Below, piece after piece: positions 27,338 through 37,219 of a stretch of 64,000 nucleotides of DNA. Source of the DNA: an uncultured Pirellulales bacterium (GTDB taxonomy: Bacteria; Planctomycetota; Phycisphaerae; Sedimentisphaerales; SM23-30); contig CAZICK010000007.1 of NCBI GenBank assembly GCA_964537505.1, positions 311 through 64,310 of the forward strand. Direction: 5' to 3'. Each line of letters opens with the position of its first letter. Within the stretch, counting starts at the first letter, position 1. Below the pieces are notes generated by a model, which saw nothing but the letters and a program-made list of their open reading frames with translations, was not told the origin of the DNA and searched no databases. Position numbers and translations under genes: made by a program.

Positions 27338-28240
27338 ATGCAGTACAATATCTCGCACCTGAAGCAGTTGGAAGCTGAAAGCATCCATATTATGAGGGAA
27401 GTGGCCGGGGAGTTCGAGAACCCTGTGATGCTATACTCGGTAGGAAAAGATTCCTCGGTAATGGTGCGGCTGGCGCAAAAGGCTTTTGCACCAGGGCCGA
27501 TTCCTTTTCCCCTGCTGCACGTTGATACCACTTTTAAGTTTCGTGAAATGATCGAGTTTCGCGACTGGTTTACGCAAGAGGTTAGCGCCCGATTGATTGT
27601 GTGCACTAATCAGGAGGCTCTGGATCGCATCGGTCCGGCGGAAAACTGGACGTGTACGATGTGTGCGAACATGCTGAAAACACAGGCGCTTATCGACGCG
27701 TTAAAGAAATATAATTTTGACGCTGCTTTCGGAGGCGCCAGGCGCGACGAAGAGAAATCCCGAGCCAAGGAAAGGATATTTTCGTTTCGCGACTCGTTTA
27801 TGCAGTGGGATCCTAAAAACCAGCGTCCCGAGTTGTGGAACCTCTATAACACCCGGCATGTTAAAGGTGAATCGTTTCGGATATTCCCGCTTTCCAACTG
27901 GACCGAGCTTGATATATGGCATTACATTTATGTGGAGAAGATACCGATCGTTCCGCTGTATTTCGCGGCCAAGCGACCTGTTATCAAACGGAACGGAATG
28001 TTACTGTTGGCCGGCGAGCTCAATCGGCCCAAACCCGGCGAAATGGTGGAAGAAATGATGGTTCGATTCCGAACGCTCGGCTGTCAGTTGTGTACCGGAG
28101 CCATCCGGTCCGAGGCGACCACCCTTGAAGAGATCATCGAAGAAACCATGCTGACATGTAAAAGCGAACGTGAAAGTCGCGCTGTGGACCAGGATTGTGA
28201 AGGATCGATGGAAGAGAAGAAAAAAGAAGGTTACTTCTAA
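27338..28240 (+). CDS. cysD: Sulfate adenylyltransferase subunit 2
   Basis: '[36 protein letters not shown]' is near-identical in pattern to enterobacterial CysD. Start placed at ATG 27338 to match the CysD N-terminus. Confidence 0.9.
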   Translation: MQYNISHLKQLEAESIHIMREVAGEFENPVMLYSVGKDSSVMVRLAQKAFAPGPIPFPLLHVDTTFKFREMIEFRDWFTQEVSARLIVCTNQEALDRIGPAENWTCTMCANMLKTQALIDALKKYNFDAAFGGARRDEEKSRAKERIFSFRDSFMQWDPKNQRPELWNLYNTRHVKGESFRIFPLSNWTELDIWHYIYVEKIPIVPLYFAAKRPVIKRNGMLLLAGELNRPKPGEMVEEMMVRFRTLGCQLCTGAIRSEATTLEEIIEETMLTCKSERESRAVDQDCEGSMEEKKKEGYF

Positions 28241-28268
28241 CCAAATTTTCAGTACTTGAAGGTTAATA

Positions 28269-30263
28269 ATGAGTACCGCTACATTACTGTACCGCGATGA
28301 ACGCAAGCGTCAGCTTCGCCGTGGGCCGAGGGTCAGTCTCGACGCCGCGACCTTACTGCGGCGGGATGAGCAGAAAGACCTGCTTCGTTTTGTTACCGCC
28401 GGGAGCGTGGACGACGGGAAAAGCACGCTTATCGGCCGATTACTGTTCGAGGCCAAGGGTATCTACGAAGATCAGCTTGCCGCTGTGCGTGATGCTTCCG
28501 GCAGGAAAGGTTCGACGCAGAGCGAACTGGACCTGGCTTTGATTACCGATGGATTGAAGGCCGAGCGTGAACAGGGTATTACCATAGATGTGGCGTATCG
28601 ATATTTCTCGACGCCCAAAAGGAAGTTTATTATCGCCGATACGCCGGGCCATGAACAATATACCCGCAACATGGCGACCGGGGCATCGACGGCCAATTTG
28701 GCCATTGTTTTGATCGACGCCCAAAAGGGGGTGGTCACTCAATCTAAAAGGCATACTTTTATTGCCTCATTGCTGGGTATCCCTCACATAGTAGTGGCGA
28801 TCAACAAAATGGACCTGGTGGATTATTCACAGGAGGTTTACGAGCGGATATGTGGGGAGTTTCGTAACTTCGCGGCCAAACTTGAGGTTACAGACCTGAC
28901 GTTCATTCCGGTCAGCGCGATGAAAGGCGATAATATTGTCACCGCCGGCGAAAACATGCCCTGGCATCAGGGCGGCACCCTGTTGCACCATTTGGAGACG
29001 GTACACATTGCTTCCGACCGTAACCTGATTGATCTGCGTTTTCCGGTGCAGTATGTGCTGCGGCCGGACCAGACGTTCAGGGGTTATCTGGGAACGATAG
29101 CTTCCGGGACAATCAAGCCGGGAGATGAAGTTATGGTAATCCCTTCTGGGATGCGCAGCCGGGTCAGGACGGTCTTTGGCCCGGACGGCGAACTCGCCGA
29201 GGCTTTTGCGCCACTGGCGGCCGGGATAACAATCGAAGACGAAATCGATATTAGTCGCGGTGATATGCTGGTACATATACATAATGTGCCAAGGGTTGAT
29301 CGGACATTGGATACTATGCTGGTCTGGATGGCTCAAGAACCTATGCAGGTTGGGAAAGAATACTTTATCAAACACGCTACCCGTACTGTTTTGGCAACTG
29401 TTTCGACATTGCGTTATCGGGTGGACGTCAATACGCTGCACCGCGACACAGCCGACGAACTGAAACTTAACGAGATAGGTCGGTGTGTCCTGACGACCAG
29501 TCGGCCGATTGCCCACGATCCGTATTCGCGTAACCGTGCGACCGGTTCATTTATCGTTATAGATCGCATTACGAATAATACGGTGGGCGCCGGGATGATC
29601 CTCGACCGTGAACCGAACGAACTGCAGCCGTCGTCCGAAAAAATTCACAGCGAACCCAAAAGCAAGCATGTCAATCGTCATACGAGCCAAATCACCGTTG
29701 TGGAACGGGCCAGGCTCATGGGGCATGAGCCGATGACTATTTGGCTGACCGGCTTGACCGGTTCGGGCAAAAGTACGATTGCTTACTCGCTGGAACGGCG
29801 GCTTTTCGATGCCGGGCGAAACTGTTATGTGCTGGACGGTGAAAACGCCCGCTTAGGTTTCAGTAAGGACCTGGGTTTCAGTGCCGATGACCGCTGCGAA
29901 AATATCCGACGGGCCGGGGAAGTGGCCCGGCTTCTTAACGATGCAGGACTTATTGCGATCTGTAGTTTTCTTTCGCCTTATAAAGAAGGCCGAAAGCTTG
30001 TCAGGGAAATCATCGGTGCAGATCGTTTCTTTGAGATATACCTTTCGGCTCCGATAGAGGTTTGTCGGCAAAGAGACAACAGCGGTATATACGATTTGGC
30101 CGGCAGCGGCCAAATTAAAAACTTTTCGGGCGTTACCGCTCCCTACGAGGCACCGGATGAGGCGGACCTGATTGTGCCCACCCACGAATGGTCGGTGAGT
30201 GAATGTGTGGAAAAAATCATACACTTTTTCACACAAAAAGGTTTTCGTTTTGATCCGAACTGA
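28269..30263 (+). CDS. cysNC: Bifunctional sulfate adenylyltransferase subunit 1 / APS kinase (CysN-CysC fusion, NodQ-like)
   Basis: GTPase G1 'GSVDDGKSTLIGRLL' and 'DTPGHEQY'. The C-terminal kinase domain has '[15 protein letters not shown]' and 'LDGENARLGFSKDLGFS'. Confidence 0.9.
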   Translation: MSTATLLYRDERKRQLRRGPRVSLDAATLLRRDEQKDLLRFVTAGSVDDGKSTLIGRLLFEAKGIYEDQLAAVRDASGRKGSTQSELDLALITDGLKAEREQGITIDVAYRYFSTPKRKFIIADTPGHEQYTRNMATGASTANLAIVLIDAQKGVVTQSKRHTFIASLLGIPHIVVAINKMDLVDYSQEVYERICGEFRNFAAKLEVTDLTFIPVSAMKGDNIVTAGENMPWHQGGTLLHHLETVHIASDRNLIDLRFPVQYVLRPDQTFRGYLGTIASGTIKPGDEVMVIPSGMRSRVRTVFGPDGELAEAFAPLAAGITIEDEIDISRGDMLVHIHNVPRVDRTLDTMLVWMAQEPMQVGKEYFIKHATRTVLATVSTLRYRVDVNTLHRDTADELKLNEIGRCVLTTSRPIAHDPYSRNRATGSFIVIDRITNNTVGAGMILDREPNELQPSSEKIHSEPKSKHVNRHTSQITVVERARLMGHEPMTIWLTGLTGSGKSTIAYSLERRLFDAGRNCYVLDGENARLGFSKDLGFSADDRCENIRRAGEVARLLNDAGLIAICSFLSPYKEGRKLVREIIGADRFFEIYLSAPIEVCRQRDNSGIYDLAGSGQIKNFSGVTAPYEAPDEADLIVPTHEWSVSECVEKIIHFFTQKGFRFDPN

Positions 30264-30419
30264 CCGTCCGGCAGCAAAATGTGCTGTATGTATATCCATA
30301 CCGAATGAAAATGCCAAGTAGTAAAGGTTATATTTACATAAACTATAAGGCTTTACAATTGGCCCTGTCAGGCGCAGTGACACCCATTGGGTATAGAACC
30401 TTAGGATAGTAAGAACAAT

Positions 30420-32255
30420 ATGAATATTCTGGGAATTTCCGCTTTCTATCACGATAGTGCCGCATCGCTGGTACGCGACGGAGAGATTATCGCTGCCGCT
30501 CAGGAAGAGCGGTTCACCAGGAAAAAACACGATTACGACTTTCCATGCAATGCGGTTAACTATTGTCTGGAAGCCGGCGGGATTTCCGCCGAGGATATTG
30601 ATTATGTTGTGTTCTATGAAAAACCGTTGTTGAAGTTCGAGAGACTGCTGGAAACTTATGTCGGCTATGGTCCGCGCGGGTTTCGGCAGTTTTTGACGGC
30701 CCTTCCGTTGTGGCTACGCCAAAAGCTTCATCTGCCCCGTGAAATGGATAAGGCGCTGAACTACAAATACAAGGGACGTTATGTATTTCCCGAACACCAT
30801 GAATCACATGCGGCCAGTGCCTTTTTTCCTTCGCCTTTTCAAGAAGCCGCTATCCTGACGCTGGATGGCGTGGGCGAATGGACCACCAGCGGCTTTGGGA
30901 CCGGCAGGGACAACAAAATCGAGCTAACGCATACGATACAATTTCCTCATTCGCTGGGACTGCTTTATTCAGCATTTACATACTACAGCGGATTTCGCGT
31001 TAATTCGGGCGAATACAAGCTGATGGGCCTGGCGCCGTACGGCAAACCTAAATACTATGATCTGATAATGGAAAAACTGATCGACTTGAAAGAAGATGGC
31101 TCTTTCCGCCTGAATATGTCGTACTTTGCCTACTGCCACAAAATGGTAATGATTAGTTCCAGGTTCGAAAAGCTGTTTGGCGCACCCGCCCGCAGTTCCG
31201 AGGCGCCCCTGACCGAGCTGTACATGGATGTTGCCGCATCGATCCAGGCGGTTACCGAGGAGATTATGCTCCGGGCTGCTCGATATGTGCATTGTCAAAC
31301 GGGAATGAAGAATCTGGTGCTGGCCGGGGGCGTAGCTTTGAATTGTGTTGGTAACGGCCGAATTTTACGGGAAAGTCCATTCGAGAACATCTGGATTCAG
31401 CCGGGGGCCGGAGACGCCGGCGGGGCGCTGGGGGCGGCACTGTTTGTGTGGTATCAGTTGCTGGACAATGAGCGTAAAGTCGATGGAGTTAATGATCGGC
31501 AGCGGGCATCTCTTCTGGGGCCCGCCTACAGCAACGAGCAAATCAAACAGTTTCTCGATACGGTCAATGCCGAATACCATTCTTTTGCCGATGACCAGCA
31601 ATTGTTCGACGAGGTCTCGGATCTAATCAATCAGGAAAAGGTGATCGGCTGGTTCCAGGGGCGTATGGAATTTGGTCCCCGTGCTCTTGGAAACCGCAGT
31701 ATCATCGGCGATGCCCGTAGCGAAAAAATGCAGTCGGTAATGAACCGCAAAATCAAGTTTCGTGAGTCCTTTCGCCCTTTTGCCCCTTGCGTGTTGCGTG
31801 AGGATGTGGATACTTATTTTCAGATGCGACCGGAAGAGGACAGTCCTTATATGCTGCTGGTGGCGCCGGTTCGGGAAGACAAACGTTTGTCATTGGATGA
31901 GACGGACCAGGCCAAAGGGCTGGATAAACTGAAGACCAGACGCAGTGTCGTGCCGGCTGTTACCCATGTGGATTTTTCGGCGCGGGTACAGACAGTTGAC
32001 CCCAACCGCCATCCGAAAATGCATCGCCTGATGAGTTTGTTTAAGGAGAAGACCGGCTGTTCGGTGATTATCAATACAAGTTTTAACATTCGCGGCGAAC
32101 CGATCGTCTGTTCTCCTGAACATGCATACCGATGCTTTATGGCCACCAATATGGATGTGCTCGTCCTTGAAAACCAACTGCTGTATAAAGAAGAACAACC
32201 GCAGGCCACCCGTCACGAAGTGGACGAATACAAAGCCCAATTCCAGTTGGATTAA
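30420..32255 (+). CDS. Carbamoyltransferase (NodU/CmcH/SxtI family)
   Basis: 'MNILGISAFYHDSAASLVRDGEIIAAAQEERFTRKKHD' is the canonical N-terminus. 611 aa. Confidence 0.88.
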   Translation: MNILGISAFYHDSAASLVRDGEIIAAAQEERFTRKKHDYDFPCNAVNYCLEAGGISAEDIDYVVFYEKPLLKFERLLETYVGYGPRGFRQFLTALPLWLRQKLHLPREMDKALNYKYKGRYVFPEHHESHAASAFFPSPFQEAAILTLDGVGEWTTSGFGTGRDNKIELTHTIQFPHSLGLLYSAFTYYSGFRVNSGEYKLMGLAPYGKPKYYDLIMEKLIDLKEDGSFRLNMSYFAYCHKMVMISSRFEKLFGAPARSSEAPLTELYMDVAASIQAVTEEIMLRAARYVHCQTGMKNLVLAGGVALNCVGNGRILRESPFENIWIQPGAGDAGGALGAALFVWYQLLDNERKVDGVNDRQRASLLGPAYSNEQIKQFLDTVNAEYHSFADDQQLFDEVSDLINQEKVIGWFQGRMEFGPRALGNRSIIGDARSEKMQSVMNRKIKFRESFRPFAPCVLREDVDTYFQMRPEEDSPYMLLVAPVREDKRLSLDETDQAKGLDKLKTRRSVVPAVTHVDFSARVQTVDPNRHPKMHRLMSLFKEKTGCSVIINTSFNIRGEPIVCSPEHAYRCFMATNMDVLVLENQLLYKEEQPQATRHEVDEYKAQFQLD

Positions 32256-32275
32256 AACACTTTGCCCAAAAAGGA

Positions 32276-32701
32276 ATGATTTTGATGGCAATGATAGAAA
32301 TAAACTGGAGTCCCAGCAATAAGGAGCTTCGAAATTTCGGCAGGATCGCCCTGATTGCGCTGCTCATCATTGCGCTGTTATTCTACTGGAAGGGGCTTGC
32401 GCTTGATTGGGCCTTGATTATTTTTGCTGCCGGCGTCGTAATTTTTATAGTTAGTCTGATTTCACTCCAACTGACCAGAATAATCTATCTCGGTTTAACG
32501 CTGGTGACGCTGCCGATCGGTTTGGTGATCAGCCATGTTTTACTGGCAGTGCTTTACTTTCTGCTGATAACGCCGATGGGACTATTGTTTCGCCTGATCG
32601 GCCGTGATCTGATGCACCGCAAATTTGATGTGGATACCAAGAGCTATTGGCATCCCCGAGATACTCCGAAAGACATAGAGCGGTATTTCCGGCAATTTTA
32701 G
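32276..32701 (+). CDS. SxtJ-like small membrane protein
   Basis: 141 aa with 'EINWSPSNKELRNFG' followed by hydrophobic helices. It follows the carbamoyltransferase, as SxtJ-family genes typically do. Confidence 0.6.
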   Translation: MILMAMIEINWSPSNKELRNFGRIALIALLIIALLFYWKGLALDWALIIFAAGVVIFIVSLISLQLTRIIYLGLTLVTLPIGLVISHVLLAVLYFLLITPMGLLFRLIGRDLMHRKFDVDTKSYWHPRDTPKDIERYFRQF

Positions 32702-32825
32702 ACAATTGGAGGTGGCGTGGCCACTTTTTATGTTCCAGATGGTTGGCAAAGGACCGCTCTCGTTGGTCGCTCGCTGGAATGGTAAAATCACGAGATTAAA
32801 GGAATTTTAACAAAGGAAAACATAA

Positions 32826-33035
32826 ATGTCTGAGGATACTCAGAAGCCCAAAAAGGATGAATTTGACAAGCTGGCCCGGCAAGAACGCACCTCTCTGCCG
32901 GGAGAGTTCTGGCTTTTCCTGAAACACAATAAAAAATGGTGGCTGCTACCGATAGTAATTGTTGTGTTGCTCATGGGGCTTTTGGTAATGCTCACCAGTA
33001 CGGGGGTGGGGCCATTTATTTACACGCTGTTCTAG
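32826..33035 (+). CDS. DUF5989 (SxtK-like) small membrane protein
   Basis: 69 aa. 'EFWLFLKHNKKWWLLPIVIVVLLMGLLV...GPFIYTLF' is the typical pattern. Confidence 0.6.
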   Translation: MSEDTQKPKKDEFDKLARQERTSLPGEFWLFLKHNKKWWLLPIVIVVLLMGLLVMLTSTGVGPFIYTLF

Positions 33036-33111
33036 AGATTACATACTGTTCTGGGGATTACTCGCTGTTTTGGAGAGGTAGTTTGTTGAATTTTTCAAGA
33101 GCAGAAATTTC

Positions 33112-34443
33112 ATGATGAGGAGATTATTTTCCAGCCAGCTCCGCGTCAATATGGCCAGCGGTGTTGTAACGTCGATCTTAAATATTGCTGTTCTGGGGGT
33201 CGCATATCCGGTTTATTTGAGCTTTTTGGATTATGAGCTTTATGGGATATGGCTGGTTTTAGCTGTTGTACTCAATCTCGCCCAATTAGGAGACCTGGGA
33301 ATTTCCCAGGCTGTTACCAAGTTAGTAGCGGAAGAATATGGTCAAAACAACCTCAGGAACATCGAAAGTTATGTTTTTACCGCCCTGGCTGTCCTTTGTG
33401 TCAGCGGTAGCGTCATATTGCTTGTCATTCTCCGCTTTGACAGGCAGATCATCGGACTGTTCAAGCTGAGCGTGGCAAACGAGGCGATAGCCCTGAAGTT
33501 ATTGCCTTATATCGGCGTTCTGTCGGTGTATGTTTTGATGGTTCAGGTTTTCGGCGCAACACTGTCCGGTCTGGGCCGAATGGATATTACCAATTATTGC
33601 CGGACCCTGAACAAGGTTATAACCGTTGGTATTGCAACGACGCTGCTATGGAAAGGATACGGTATAGAAAGCCTTTTGTTGGGCAACGTATTCGCGTTTA
33701 TAACTATGAATGCCGTGTGTTTGATATTCATTCGTCGAACGGCAAAAATACGGTTTTTGAAAACCGCTCGATTGGATACTCAGCGATTGAAAAAACTCCT
33801 GAATTTCGGCGGAACAGTTTTTGGCAGTTCTATTATGGCAATGCTTTTGGGTCCCTTCAATAAGATGATGCTTTCGCGTTATGCCGGAGTGGAATTGATT
33901 GCGATATATGAAATTGCTTATAACAGTTCCGTTCGGATACGCGCCCTGATTGAATCTATGCTGCGGCCTATTATGCCGGAGATCAGCATTCTGTCGCAAC
34001 GCACTGCCGGTACTACCATCAAACGGATCAGGGCCATAAATCGAAAAAGTATGGCATTAATCATTTTCGGCGGTTTGCCCCTTTTTGCCATACTTCTTCT
34101 GGTGGCGCGACCTTTACTGCAACTATGGCTACAGGAAAAATATAACGAGGCTATTCCAATGGCGTTTCGTCTGATGCTCGTGTGTACTTTTGTCAGTCTG
34201 GTCGGCGTTCCCGCTTTTCATACGCTGCTTGGGCTTGGTAAGGCGAAATGTTATTTGGTTTCCAGCATGATAGTCGCCGGAGGGAATTTTGTTTTGGTGG
34301 GCGCAACGGCTTTGCTGGTCGGACGTGTTTGGTTGAACGGGATTCTGGCAGGTTTGTTTTTTTTGTCCGCTCTTTCAGCTGCCTATTTGATTATTGAGGC
34401 ATCGCGCGAGATCGGCAGGAACCAGTCAGATTGCCATAGATAG
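33112..34443 (+). CDS. Oligosaccharide flippase (Wzx / MOP superfamily)
   Basis: 443 aa, about 12 predicted TM helices, located in a polysaccharide cluster. Confidence 0.7.
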   Translation: MMRRLFSSQLRVNMASGVVTSILNIAVLGVAYPVYLSFLDYELYGIWLVLAVVLNLAQLGDLGISQAVTKLVAEEYGQNNLRNIESYVFTALAVLCVSGSVILLVILRFDRQIIGLFKLSVANEAIALKLLPYIGVLSVYVLMVQVFGATLSGLGRMDITNYCRTLNKVITVGIATTLLWKGYGIESLLLGNVFAFITMNAVCLIFIRRTAKIRFLKTARLDTQRLKKLLNFGGTVFGSSIMAMLLGPFNKMMLSRYAGVELIAIYEIAYNSSVRIRALIESMLRPIMPEISILSQRTAGTTIKRIRAINRKSMALIIFGGLPLFAILLLVARPLLQLWLQEKYNEAIPMAFRLMLVCTFVSLVGVPAFHTLLGLGKAKCYLVSSMIVAGGNFVLVGATALLVGRVWLNGILAGLFFLSALSAAYLIIEASREIGRNQSDCHR

Positions 34444-34464
34444 TAGAAATCAGGGGATGCCGGA

Positions 34465-35547
34465 ATGACTTGTCATTTGGTTTATACTGTTCCACTCAAA
34501 GGATATGCCGGGAGGGCAAGTCACCGAATTTGCCGGTTTCTGCAGAAATCAGGTTTGCCTGTGAGTTTTTTCGGCAGCCGAAGAAACCCGGATATGGACT
34601 GGTGGCCCAAACAGTCGCCCTTTGAGAATACAAGACACATTTTTCATGGACTTTCTTCCCACATGCCAACGCTGCTTTACAGTTTCAACGAACAACTACG
34701 CTGCCGGTTTAAGTCCGATGATATTTTTCTCGGGCATCCGTACTTCCCATTTCGGTCTGGAGAGCAAGGTGTGACGGAGTTGTCTCTTGGCCAGTCAGTC
34801 CGGCCGAGGGTTTTTGGATTGATCTCACCTTTGCATTGTGATACCGATATCGAGACGATTCATATAAACAAGGCATATCTTGACGCTATTGACAGACTGC
34901 TTCCGCGGGCGGATATTCTCTTTGGCATAATGGGGCAGTATTGGTGGGATCAGTGGCCGGCGAGTCCTTTTGCTCATTGGATACCCAAAATGGTCCGGCT
35001 GGATATGGCCATAGATACGGAACATTTCCCGCGTGTTAAAACCGGTTTTAACCCGCCGGGTAAGCGGCGTTTCCTTTACATCGGCAAGAATGATCCGATG
35101 AAAGGGGTGGATTTTCTCAGCAGATTGTTTTCCCGTGAAGACAGTTTTTCGTGTGGTTGGATCGGCCGTGGTTCGGAGATAGCTGGAGTCTCCAGGATCA
35201 GCACAGTAAGGCCTTTGACCGGTGAGTTCATGAAAAAAATAGCTCAGGATTTCGACTTTTTTGTCAGTCCCTCGCGTGCCGATCCCAATCCGACAACGAT
35301 TCTGGAGAGCATGGCCTGGGGTTTCCCGGTGGTCTGTACGCCACAATCGGGCTATTACGAGACGGAATACATGCGAAATATTTTTCGCGACGATGAGGAC
35401 CGAAGTGTCGAAGTGTTACGCGACCTTCAATATGCCGACGAAGCAGAGCTGATGAAGATAGCTGATAAGGCCAGAGAAACCGTAGAACGTCAATATACGT
35501 GGGAAAGATTTGTCGGTACGATCCGCAAGAAACTTGACATCACTTGA
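34465..35547 (+). CDS. Glycosyltransferase (GT-B fold, GT1/GT4-like C-terminal domain)
   Basis: 'FFVSPSRADPNPTTILESMAWGFPVVCT' resembles the GT4 E-x7-E region. The N-terminal half is divergent. Confidence 0.55.
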   Translation: MTCHLVYTVPLKGYAGRASHRICRFLQKSGLPVSFFGSRRNPDMDWWPKQSPFENTRHIFHGLSSHMPTLLYSFNEQLRCRFKSDDIFLGHPYFPFRSGEQGVTELSLGQSVRPRVFGLISPLHCDTDIETIHINKAYLDAIDRLLPRADILFGIMGQYWWDQWPASPFAHWIPKMVRLDMAIDTEHFPRVKTGFNPPGKRRFLYIGKNDPMKGVDFLSRLFSREDSFSCGWIGRGSEIAGVSRISTVRPLTGEFMKKIAQDFDFFVSPSRADPNPTTILESMAWGFPVVCTPQSGYYETEYMRNIFRDDEDRSVEVLRDLQYADEAELMKIADKARETVERQYTWERFVGTIRKKLDIT

Positions 35548-35589
35548 GGATATCCGGCATTGACATGATTTTGGAGAGTAACTGAAACA

Positions 35590-36423
35590 ATGTCCACCGT
35601 ATTCTCTTGGAAACCGGAAAACTTTGATTATCTGTTGGCTTCCTGCGAAGAAGATCCGCTGACCCCGTATATTTTCAAGTATTTTTCCAGGTCCGGCAGG
35701 ATACTCGAGGCCGGGTGTGGCGCAGGCCGGTACGTGAAGTATCTTCACGAAAGGGGCTACGATTGCGCCGGCATCGAATATAACCAGACGACAGTTGAGA
35801 ATGTGAGAGAAAAATGGCCGGAATTGCCGGTTGTTCAGGGTGATGTCGAAAAAATGCCTTACGAAGACGAAACGTTTGACGGGGTAATCTCGATTGGGGT
35901 TGTCGAACATTTTGTGGAAGGGCCGTATCGGCCGCTGGCTGAGATGCTGAGAGTTTTGAAACCCGGCGGAATCGCACTGATCACTATACCATGCCTGAAC
36001 CGGTTGAGAAGACTGAAAGGACCGTTCTGTGGAATCACCCATATAGTATCCGCCAATCCACTTCTAAGGAAAATGCTTGGTAAGAAGCAACTCGAACATC
36101 CCGGCTGGAATTTATATAATCCAAGATACAAATGGCACGTTTTTCCCGAATGGGGAGATTTTTATGAGTATCGTTTTGCTCCTGATGAGTTCAAAAGAAT
36201 TCTCCATGAATCTCAATATGAAATCCTGGAAAGCATACCTCTTTATCAGACCGACGGTCTGTACCACGAATTCGGCCGGTTATTTGCCAAATATGTGCAT
36301 TGCAAATTTGTGGTGTATCCGCACGGCAGAATGATAAACCGGCTATTTTCACAGATTCCATTTTTCCATAACCACATGCATCTTTGCGTTGCCAGGAAGA
36401 AAGATAATGAAAATCACAACTAA
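35590..36423 (+). CDS. Class I SAM-dependent methyltransferase
   Basis: Motif I 'ILEAGCGAGRY', then 'FDGVISIGVVEHF' and 'LKPGGIALI'. Confidence 0.8.
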   Translation: MSTVFSWKPENFDYLLASCEEDPLTPYIFKYFSRSGRILEAGCGAGRYVKYLHERGYDCAGIEYNQTTVENVREKWPELPVVQGDVEKMPYEDETFDGVISIGVVEHFVEGPYRPLAEMLRVLKPGGIALITIPCLNRLRRLKGPFCGITHIVSANPLLRKMLGKKQLEHPGWNLYNPRYKWHVFPEWGDFYEYRFAPDEFKRILHESQYEILESIPLYQTDGLYHEFGRLFAKYVHCKFVVYPHGRMINRLFSQIPFFHNHMHLCVARKKDNENHN

Positions 36424-36443
36424 GACCGGAAAGGATTTGTTCT

Positions 36444-37184
36444 ATGTATAAAGATATCGGGCTGGAGCAGTGGGAAAGTGCCCAAAAGTGGGAAAAAAGT
36501 TTCTGGGATCGATTTGTCAAACAACAGCAGAGTATCGGTAAACTGCGGTTCTTAAAAACGTTTATAAAGAAGTATTTCAAAAGTATTGAGGGTGAAACCT
36601 CTAACTACTGGTGGGAAAAGGCATTTGACGGATATAATTTTGTGCCGCAGGAGTTAGGCAATGTAATTGAGTTTGGCTGTGGTCCGTTCACCAATCTTCG
36701 GCTTATTCTGAAAAACCGCAATGCGCATCATGTCGTGGCGAGTGACCCACTGGCACGACACTATGTTACTTATAACGGCATTCTTGCCAAAAAGTGGAAA
36801 AAACGTCAGTGGCTGATCGACGATCATCCTCTGGAAGAAAAGTTGTATGCCGATGGAGTTTTTGATCTGGCGGTGTGCATCAACGTCCTCGATCATGTGA
36901 GGGACGTTAATCTGTGCCTGGCGAATTTGATCCGAGTTGTCAGGGCGGGAGGGATTCTGATCCTGGGGCAGGAACTGACAAATGACGATGATCTGCGGGC
37001 AACCGCCGAGAAGCGTCAGGCGGCAGGGGATGTAGGCCATCCACACAAATTTTCTACAGAAGAAACTCTCGTCCCTTATCTTGAGGATTTCAAACCGATA
37101 TTACACAAGGTTGTGACACGAGAAAAAGGACGACTTCCGGCGTGGCACTGTGGAACGCTTGTCTTTGCAGGGGAAAAACAATAA
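36444..37184 (+). CDS. Class I SAM-dependent methyltransferase (divergent)
   Basis: 'VIEFGCGPFTNL', 'FDLAVCINVLDHV', 'VRAGGILILG'. Confidence 0.65.
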   Translation: MYKDIGLEQWESAQKWEKSFWDRFVKQQQSIGKLRFLKTFIKKYFKSIEGETSNYWWEKAFDGYNFVPQELGNVIEFGCGPFTNLRLILKNRNAHHVVASDPLARHYVTYNGILAKKWKKRQWLIDDHPLEEKLYADGVFDLAVCINVLDHVRDVNLCLANLIRVVRAGGILILGQELTNDDDLRATAEKRQAAGDVGHPHKFSTEETLVPYLEDFKPILHKVVTREKGRLPAWHCGTLVFAGEKQ

Positions 37185-37219
37185 AGGCAACAATTCAAAG
37201 GAACAGCCATAATCAAAAT

